From Chiloscyllium plagiosum (Eukaryota): a stretch of 32,776 nt of DNA. How positions within the stretch are numbered: the stretch's first letter is position 1; each line of letters starts with the position of its first letter. The notes beneath the pieces are model-generated. The model was not told where the DNA came from, did no database searches, and worked only from the letters and a program-made list of their open reading frames with translations. Location: assembly GCF_004010195.1 (NCBI RefSeq), contig NW_025213401.1:1-32776 (forward strand). The letters are read 5' to 3'. A program made the position numbers and the translations under genes. Positions 24,601 to 32,776 of this stretch are shown in pieces.

Positions 24601-27600
24601 GAGAGTCAGTGTCCCCCCCCGTACCCCGGGGAGAGTCAGTGTCCCCTCCCGTACCCCGGGGAGAGTCAGTGTCCCCCCCCGTACCCCGGGGAGAGTCAGT
24701 GTCCCCTCCCGTACCCCGGGGAGAGTCAGTGTCCCCCCCCGTACCCCGGGGAGAGTCAGTGTCCCCTCCCGTACCCCGGGGAGAGTCAGTGTCCCCCCCC
24801 GTACCCCGGGGAGAGTCAGTGTCCCCTCCCGTACCCCGGGGAGAGTCAGTGTCCCCCCCCGTACCCCGGGGAGAGTCAGTGTCCCCTCCCGTACCCCGGG
24901 GAGAGTCAGTGTCCCCCCCCGTACCCCGGGGAGAGTCAGTGTCCCCTCCCGTACCCCGGGGAGAGTCAGTGTCCCCCCCCGTACCCCGGGGAGAGTCAGT
25001 GTCCCCTCCCGTACCCCGGGGAGAGTCAGTGTCCCCCCCCGTACCCCGGGGAGAGTCAGTGTCCCCTCCCGTACCCCGGGGAGAGTCAGTGTCCCCCCCC
25101 GTACCCCGGGGAGAGTCAGTGTCCCCTCCCGTACCCCGGGGAGAGTCAGTGTCCCCCCCCGTACCCCGGGGAGAGTCAGTGTCCCCTCCCGTACCCCGGG
25201 GAGAGTCAGTGTCCCCCCCCGTACCCCGGGGAGAGTCAGTGTCCCCTCCCGTACCCCGGGGAGAGTCAGTGTCCCCCCCCGTACCCCGGGGAGAGTCAGT
25301 GTCCCCTCCCGTACCCCGGGGAGAGTCAGTGTCCCCCCCCGTACCCCGGGGAGAGTCAGTGTCCCCTCCCGTACCCCGGGGAGAGTCAGTGTCCCCCCCC
25401 GTACCCCGGGGAGAGTCAGTGTCCCCTCCCGTACCCCGGGGAGAGTCAGTGTCCCCCCCCGTACCCCGGGGAGAGTCAGTGTCCCCTCCCGTACCCCGGG
25501 GAGAGTCAGTGTCCCCCCCCGTACCCCGGGGAGAGTCAGTGTCCCCTCCCGTACCCCGGGGAGAGTCAGTGTCCCCCCCCGTACCCCGGGGAGAGTCAGT
25601 GTCCCCTCCCGTACCCCGGGGAGAGTCAGTGTCCCCCCCCGTACCCCGGGGAGAGTCAGTGTCCCCTCCCGTACCCCGGGGAGAGTCAGTGTCCCCCCCC
25701 GTACCCCGGGGAGAGTCAGTGTCCCCTCCCGTACCCCGGGGAGAGTCAGTGTCCCCCCCCGTACCCCGGGGAGAGTCAGTGTCCCCTCCCGTACCCCGGG
25801 GAGAGTCAGTGTCCCCCCCCGTACCCCGGGGAGAGTCAGTGTCCCCTCCCGTACCCCGGGGAGAGTCAGTGTCCCCCCCCGTACCCCGGGGAGAGTCAGT
25901 GTCCCCTCCCGTACCCCGGGGAGAGTCAGTGTCCCCCCCCGTACCCCGGGGAGAGTCAGTGTCCCCTCCCGTACCCCGGGGAGAGTCAGTGTCCCCCCCC
26001 GTACCCCGGGGAGAGTCAGTGTCCCCTCCCGTACCCCGGGGAGAGTCAGTGTCCCCCCCCGTACCCCGGGGAGAGTCAGTGTCCCCTCCCGTACCCCGGG
26101 GAGAGTCAGTGTCCCCCCCCGTACCCCGGGGAGAGTCAGTGTCCCCTCCCGTACCCCGGGGAGAGTCAGTGTCCCCCCCCGTACCCCGGGGAGAGTCAGT
26201 GTCCCCTCCCGTACCCCGGGGAGAGTCAGTGTCCCCCCCCGTACCCCGGGGAGAGTCAGTGTCCCCTCCCGTACCCCGGGGAGAGTCAGTGTCCCCCCCC
26301 GTACCCCGGGGAGAGTCAGTGTCCCCTCCCGTACCCCGGGGAGAGTCAGTGTCCCCCCCCGTACCCCGGGGAGAGTCAGTGTCCCCTCCCGTACCCCGGG
26401 GAGAGTCAGTGTCCCCCCCCGTACCCCGGGGAGAGTCAGTGTCCCCTCCCGTACCCCGGGGAGAGTCAGTGTCCCCCCCCGTACCCCGGGGAGAGTCAGT
26501 GTCCCCTCCCGTACCCCGGGGAGAGTCAGTGTCCCCCCCCGTACCCCGGGGAGAGTCAGTGTCCCCTCCCGTACCCCGGGGAGAGTCAGTGTCCCCCCCC
26601 GTACCCCGGGGAGAGTCAGTGTCCCCTCCCGTACCCCGGGGAGAGTCAGTGTCCCCCCCCGTACCCCGGGGAGAGTCAGTGTCCCCTCCCGTACCCCGGG
26701 GAGAGTCAGTGTCCCCCCCCGTACCCCGGGGAGAGTCAGTGTCCCCTCCCGTACCCCGGGGAGAGTCAGTGTCCCCCCCCGTACCCCGGGGAGAGTCAGT
26801 GTCCCCTCCCGTACCCCGGGGAGAGTCAGTGTCCCCCCCCGTACCCCGGGGAGAGTCAGTGTCCCCTCCCGTACCCCGGGGAGAGTCAGTGTCCCCCCCC
26901 GTACCCCGGGGAGAGTCAGTGTCCCCTCCCGTACCCCGGGGAGAGTCAGTGTCCCCCCCCGTACCCCGGGGAGAGTCAGTGTCCCCTCCCGTACCCCGGG
27001 GAGAGTCAGTGTCCCCCCCCGTACCCCGGGGAGAGTCAGTGTCCCCTCCCGTACCCCGGGGAGAGTCAGTGTCCCCCCCCGTACCCCGGGGAGAGTCAGT
27101 GTCCCCTCCCGTACCCCGGGGAGAGTCAGTGTCCCCCCCCGTACCCCGGGGAGAGTCAGTGTCCCCTCCCGTACCCCGGGGAGAGTCAGTGTCCCCCCCC
27201 GTACCCCGGGGAGAGTCAGTGTCCCCTCCCGTACCCCGGGGAGAGTCAGTGTCCCCCCCCGTACCCCGGGGAGAGTCAGTGTCCCCTCCCGTACCCCGGG
27301 GAGAGTCAGTGTCCCCCCCCGTACCCCGGGGAGAGTCAGTGTCCCCTCCCGTACCCCGGGGAGAGTCAGTGTCCCCCCCCGTACCCCGGGGAGAGTCAGT
27401 GTCCCCTCCCGTACCCCGGGGAGAGTCAGTGTCCCCCCCCGTACCCCGGGGAGAGTCAGTGTCCCCTCCCGTACCCCGGGGAGAGTCAGTGTCCCCCCCC
27501 GTACCCCGGGGAGAGTCAGTGTCCCCTCCCGTACCCCGGGGAGAGTCAGTGTCCCCCCCCGTACCCCGGGGAGAGTCAGTGTCCCCTCCCGTACCCCGGG

Positions 27601-30600
27601 GAGAGTCAGTGTCCCCCCCCGTACCCCGGGGAGAGTCAGTGTCCCCTCCCGTACCCCGGGGAGAGTCAGTGTCCCCCCCCGTACCCCGGGGAGAGTCAGT
27701 GTCCCCTCCCGTACCCCGGGGAGAGTCAGTGTCCCCCCCCGTACCCCGGGGAGAGTCAGTGTCCCCTCCCGTACCCCGGGGAGAGTCAGTGTCCCCCCCC
27801 GTACCCCGGGGAGAGTCAGTGTCCCCTCCCGTACCCCGGGGAGAGTCAGTGTCCCCCCCCGTACCCCGGGGAGAGTCAGTGTCCCCTCCCGTACCCCGGG
27901 GAGAGTCAGTGTCCCCCCCCGTACCCCGGGGAGAGTCAGTGTCCCCTCCCGTACCCCGGGGAGAGTCAGTGTCCCCCCCCGTACCCCGGGGAGAGTCAGT
28001 GTCCCCTCCCGTACCCCGGGGAGAGTCAGTGTCCCCCCCCGTACCCCGGGGAGAGTCAGTGTCCCCTCCCGTACCCCGGGGAGAGTCAGTGTCCCCCCCC
28101 GTACCCCGGGGAGAGTCAGTGTCCCCTCCCGTACCCCGGGGAGAGTCAGTGTCCCCCCCCGTACCCCGGGGAGAGTCAGTGTCCCCTCCCGTACCCCGGG
28201 GAGAGTCAGTGTCCCCCCCCGTACCCCGGGGAGAGTCAGTGTCCCCTCCCGTACCCCGGGGAGAGTCAGTGTCCCCCCCCGTACCCCGGGGAGAGTCAGT
28301 GTCCCCTCCCGTACCCCGGGGAGAGTCAGTGTCCCCCCCCGTACCCCGGGGAGAGTCAGTGTCCCCTCCCGTACCCCGGGGAGAGTCAGTGTCCCCCCCC
28401 GTACCCCGGGGAGAGTCAGTGTCCCCTCCCGTACCCCGGGGAGAGTCAGTGTCCCCCCCCGTACCCCGGGGAGAGTCAGTGTCCCCTCCCGTACCCCGGG
28501 GAGAGTCAGTGTCCCCCCCCGTACCCCGGGGAGAGTCAGTGTCCCCTCCCGTACCCCGGGGAGAGTCAGTGTCCCCCCCCGTACCCCGGGGAGAGTCAGT
28601 GTCCCCTCCCGTACCCCGGGGAGAGTCAGTGTCCCCCCCCGTACCCCGGGGAGAGTCAGTGTCCCCTCCCGTACCCCGGGGAGAGTCAGTGTCCCCCCCC
28701 GTACCCCGGGGAGAGTCAGTGTCCCCTCCCGTACCCCGGGGAGAGTCAGTGTCCCCCCCCGTACCCCGGGGAGAGTCAGTGTCCCCTCCCGTACCCCGGG
28801 GAGAGTCAGTGTCCCCCCCCGTACCCCGGGGAGAGTCAGTGTCCCCTCCCGTACCCCGGGGAGAGTCAGTGTCCCCCCCCGTACCCCGGGGAGAGTCAGT
28901 GTCCCCTCCCGTACCCCGGGGAGAGTCAGTGTCCCCCCCCGTACCCCGGGGAGAGTCAGTGTCCCCTCCCGTACCCCGGGGAGAGTCAGTGTCCCCCCCC
29001 GTACCCCGGGGAGAGTCAGTGTCCCCTCCCGTACCCCGGGGAGAGTCAGTGTCCCCCCCCGTACCCCGGGGAGAGTCAGTGTCCCCTCCCGTACCCCGGG
29101 GAGAGTCAGTGTCCCCCCCCGTACCCCGGGGAGAGTCAGTGTCCCCTCCCGTACCCCGGGGAGAGTCAGTGTCCCCCCCCGTACCCCGGGGAGAGTCAGT
29201 GTCCCCTCCCGTACCCCGGGGAGAGTCAGTGTCCCCCCCCGTACCCCGGGGAGAGTCAGTGTCCCCTCCCGTACCCCGGGGAGAGTCAGTGTCCCCCCCC
29301 GTACCCCGGGGAGAGTCAGTGTCCCCTCCCGTACCCCGGGGAGAGTCAGTGTCCCCCCCCGTACCCCGGGGAGAGTCAGTGTCCCCTCCCGTACCCCGGG
29401 GAGAGTCAGTGTCCCCCCCCGTACCCCGGGGAGAGTCAGTGTCCCCTCCCGTACCCCGGGGAGAGTCAGTGTCCCCCCCCGTACCCCGGGGAGAGTCAGT
29501 GTCCCCTCCCGTACCCCGGGGAGAGTCAGTGTCCCCCCCCGTACCCCGGGGAGAGTCAGTGTCCCCTCCCGTACCCCGGGGAGAGTCAGTGTCCCCCCCC
29601 GTACCCCGGGGAGAGTCAGTGTCCCCTCCCGTACCCCGGGGAGAGTCAGTGTCCCCCCCCGTACCCCGGGGAGAGTCAGTGTCCCCTCCCGTACCCCGGG
29701 GAGAGTCAGTGTCCCCCCCCGTACCCCGGGGAGAGTCAGTGTCCCCTCCCGTACCCCGGGGAGAGTCAGTGTCCCCCCCCGTACCCCGGGGAGAGTCAGT
29801 GTCCCCTCCCGTACCCCGGGGAGAGTCAGTGTCCCCCCCCGTACCCCGGGGAGAGTCAGTGTCCCCTCCCGTACCCCGGGGAGAGTCAGTGTCCCCCCCC
29901 GTACCCCGGGGAGAGTCAGTGTCCCCTCCCGTACCCCGGGGAGAGTCAGTGTCCCCCCCCGTACCCCGGGGAGAGTCAGTGTCCCCTCCCGTACCCCGGG
30001 GAGAGTCAGTGTCCCCCCCCGTACCCCGGGGAGAGTCAGTGTCCCCTCCCGTACCCCGGGGAGAGTCAGTGTCCCCCCCCGTACCCCGGGGAGAGTCAGT
30101 GTCCCCTCCCGTACCCCGGGGAGAGTCAGTGTCCCCCCCCGTACCCCGGGGAGAGTCAGTGTCCCCTCCCGTACCCCGGGGAGAGTCAGTGTCCCCCCCC
30201 GTACCCCGGGGAGAGTCAGTGTCCCCTCCCGTACCCCGGGGAGAGTCAGTGTCCCCCCCCGTACCCCGGGGAGAGTCAGTGTCCCCTCCCGTACCCCGGG
30301 GAGAGTCAGTGTCCCCCCCCGTACCCCGGGGAGAGTCAGTGTCCCCTCCCGTACCCCGGGGAGAGTCAGTGTCCCCCCCCGTACCCCGGGGAGAGTCAGT
30401 GTCCCCTCCCGTACCCCGGGGAGAGTCAGTGTCCCCCCCCGTACCCCGGGGAGAGTCAGTGTCCCCTCCCGTACCCCGGGGAGAGTCAGTGTCCCCCCCC
30501 GTACCCCGGGGAGAGTCAGTGTCCCCTCCCGTACCCCGGGGAGAGTCAGTGTCCCCCCCCGTACCCCGGGGAGAGTCAGTGTCCCCTCCCGTACCCCGGG

Positions 30601-32446
30601 GAGAGTCAGTGTCCCCCCCCGTACCCCGGGGAGAGTCAGTGTCCCCTCCCGTACCCCGGGGAGAGTCAGTGTCCCCCCCCGTACCCCGGGGAGAGTCAGT
30701 GTCCCCTCCCGTACCCCGGGGAGAGTCAGTGTCCCCCCCCGTACCCCGGGGAGAGTCAGTGTCCCCTCCCGTACCCCGGGGAGAGTCAGTGTCCCCCCCC
30801 GTACCCCGGGGAGAGTCAGTGTCCCCTCCCGTACCCCGGGGAGAGTCAGTGTCCCCCCCCGTACCCCGGGGAGAGTCAGTGTCCCCTCCCGTACCCCGGG
30901 GAGAGTCAGTGTCCCCCCCCGTACCCCGGGGAGAGTCAGTGTCCCCTCCCGTACCCCGGGGAGAGTCAGTGTCCCCCCCCGTACCCCGGGGAGAGTCAGT
31001 GTCCCCTCCCGTACCCCGGGGAGAGTCAGTGTCCCCCCCCGTACCCCGGGGAGAGTCAGTGTCCCCTCCCGTACCCCGGGGAGAGTCAGTGTCCCCCCCC
31101 GTACCCCGGGGAGAGTCAGTGTCCCCTCCCGTACCCCGGGGAGAGTCAGTGTCCCCCCCCGTACCCCGGGGAGAGTCAGTGTCCCCTCCCGTACCCCGGG
31201 GAGAGTCAGTGTCCCCCCCCGTACCCCGGGGAGAGTCAGTGTCCCCTCCCGTACCCCGGGGAGAGTCAGTGTCCCCCCCCGTACCCCGGGGAGAGTCAGT
31301 GTCCCCTCCCGTACCCCGGGGAGAGTCAGTGTCCCCCCCCGTACCCCGGGGAGAGTCAGTGTCCCCTCCCGTACCCCGGGGAGAGTCAGTGTCCCCCCCC
31401 GTACCCCGGGGAGAGTCAGTGTCCCCTCCCGTACCCCGGGGAGAGTCAGTGTCCCCCCCCGTACCCCGGGGAGAGTCAGTGTCCCCTCCCGTACCCCGGG
31501 GAGAGTCAGTGTCCCCCCCCGTACCCCGGGGAGAGTCAGTGTCCCCTCCCGTACCCCGGGGAGAGTCAGTGTCCCCCCCCGTACCCCGGGGAGAGTCAGT
31601 GTCCCCTCCCGTACCCCGGGGAGAGTCAGTGTCCCCCCCCGTACCCCGGGGAGAGTCAGTGTCCCCTCCCGTACCCCGGGGAGAGTCAGTGTCCCCCCCC
31701 GTACCCCGGGGAGAGTCAGTGTCCCCTCCCGTACCCCGGGGAGAGTCAGTGTCCCCCCCCGTACCCCGGGGAGAGTCAGTGTCCCCTCCCGTACCCCGGG
31801 GAGAGTCAGTGTCCCCCCCCGTACCCCGGGGAGAGTCAGTGTCCCCTCCCGTACCCCGGGGAGAGTCAGTGTCCCCCCCCGTACCCCGGGGAGAGTCAGT
31901 GTCCCCTCCCGTACCCCGGGGAGAGTCAGTGTCCCCCCCCGTACCCCGGGGAGAGTCAGTGTCCCCCCCCGTACCCCGGGGAGAGTCAGTGTCCCCTCCC
32001 GTACCCCGGGGAGAGTCAGTGTCCCCCCCCGTACCCCGGGGAGAGTCAGTGTCCCCCCCCGTACCCCGGGGAGAGTCAGTGTCTCCCCCCGTACCCCGGG
32101 GAGAGTCAGTGTCCCCTCCCGTACCCCGGGGAGAGTCAGTGTCTCCCCCTGTACCCCGGGGAGAGTCAGTGTCCCCTCCCCCAATACCCCGGGGAGAGTC
32201 AGTGTCCCCTCGCGTACCCCGGGGAGAGTCAGTGTCCCCTCCCGTACCCCGGGGAGAGTCAGTGTCCCCCGTACCCCGGGGAGAGTCAGTGTCCCCTCCC
32301 GTACCCCGGGGAGAGTCAGTGTCCCCTCCCGTACCCCGGGGAGAGTCAGTGTCCCACCCCCGTACCCCGGGGAGAGTCAGTGTCCCCCCCCGTACCCCGG
32401 GGAGAGTCAGTGTCTCCCCCCGCACCCCGGGGAGAGTCAGTGCCCC
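678..32446. repeat. Giant GC-rich minisatellite array, 30-bp unit GTACCCCGGGGAGAGTCAGTGTCCCC(T/C)CCC, ~1059 copies
   Basis: Directly visible. Units start at 681+30k; 1042 units run to 31940, followed by 17 further units with variants and broken alternation. The dimer is 43/60 GC. Each unit has two CpGs (one at the unit junction) and a CCCCGGGG palindrome. Confidence 0.99.
681..31940. repeat. Homogeneous higher-order 60-bp dimer core (521 copies; T-variant and C-variant monomers strictly alternate)
   Basis: Every 60-nt line from 721 to 31920 looks identical on reading, and the ORF translation alternates ...VPSRTPG.../...VPPRTPG... without a visible break. The first departure is at 31967 (C where T is expected). 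Confidence 0.95.
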
Positions 32447-32518
32447 ACCTGCTCTTGCTGGGTTGAAGATCCCCACCCAATATATCGCCCCCTTCACCCT
32501 CGCCCACTGCCCTTTCAC

Positions 32519-32645
32519 CTTCAGGGTCTGACCACAGGAGATCACACATGGGCCCGTCGTGAGGGACCTCCTGTTTACGATCTATTGTCCTGATCTGATC
32601 CAGCGTTTGTATGGAGGGGGAGAGACCGCCGTGCACGCAGAAAAT
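32519..32645 (-). CDS. PPP4C: Internal coding exon of serine/threonine-protein phosphatase 4 catalytic subunit (PPP family), 127 nt, phase 0 start / phase 1 end
   Basis: Minus-strand translation [42 protein letters not shown] carries the PPP-family HGG and DLLWSDP motifs. It matches the PP4c sequence as I recall it (PP2Ac reads differently, e.g. [32 protein letters not shown]). Bounded by canonical splice sites: ...tctcctctatgcag|ATTTTC (AG at 32647-32646) and CCTGAAG|gtgaaa (GT at 32518-32517). Confidence 0.96.
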
Positions 32646-32695
32646 CTGCATAGAGGAGACAACGGAGAACAGGCAGAGGCAGTCAGGAGGGGGAG
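32646..32695 (-). promoter_or_regulatory. 3' splice acceptor region (branch point + polypyrimidine tract + CAG) of the PPP4C exon
   Basis: Minus strand reads tctccccctcCTGACtgcctctgcctgttctccgttgtctcctctatgcAG. It has a CTGAC branch-point-like motif (A at 32683), a long pyrimidine tract and a terminal CAG. Confidence 0.85.
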
Positions 32696-32776
32696 ATCGG
32701 GCCCCAGGGAGGGTCACCGCGTTTCCCTAAACCCCCTGTGACACACAGCACCATCAACCCCTCACTCCCCACCCGC

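Larger units (their letters stand above)
144..32518 (-). other. Intronic interval (GT...AG, 32,375 nt) between the PPP4C exon donor and the THAP exon acceptor
   Basis: Begins gtgaaa at 32518 and ends ctcctcag at 144. No other recognisable exon lies between; the interval is the tandem array plus short unique flanks. That these two sites are joined to each other is inferred. Confidence 0.55.

Noticed and set aside
678..32446. CRISPR array
   Set aside because: The 30-bp units are head-to-tail with no unique spacers, there are no cas genes, and the context is a spliced eukaryotic locus.
392..32593. Four ORFs of >10,000 aa (392..32593 +, 699..32531 +, 634..32184 -, 671..32545 -) as giant mucin-like or repeat proteins
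   Set aside because: They follow from a 30-bp unit that is stop-free in five frames. They overlap on both strands, have no signal peptide or domain, show no codon-level divergence typical of coding repeats, and the array lies between splice sites.
32346..32741. ORFs 32346..32717 (-) and 32559..32741 (+) as complete genes
   Set aside because: The first is the PPP4C exon plus intronic read-through on both sides; the second is its antisense shadow.

Overview
Eukaryotic (vertebrate-type, spliceosomal) genomic DNA. About 97% of the window is a single GC-rich 30-bp minisatellite array (~678-32446, ~1059 units), mostly a strictly alternating 60-bp dimer, degenerating only at the right end. The giant ORFs in the track are by-products of this array. 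The real genic signal is on the minus strand at the two edges. At the right is a 127-nt internal exon of protein phosphatase 4 catalytic subunit (PPP4[43 protein letters not shown], 32645-32519). At the left, missed by the ORF track, is a 100-nt exon (143-44) encoding the start of a THAP7-like THAP zinc-finger domain ([27 protein letters not shown]). The PPP4C donor (phase 1) and the THAP exon acceptor are frame-compatible, so removing one 32,375-nt satellite-filled intron would give an in-frame PPP4C-THAP chimera (...[22 protein letters not shown]...). The alternative is a THAP7-like gene nested co-directionally in a PPP4C intron. The normal next PPP4C exon is not in the window. Which arrangement is transcribed, and whether the perfect array is real or assembly-smoothed, cannot be settled from sequence alone.
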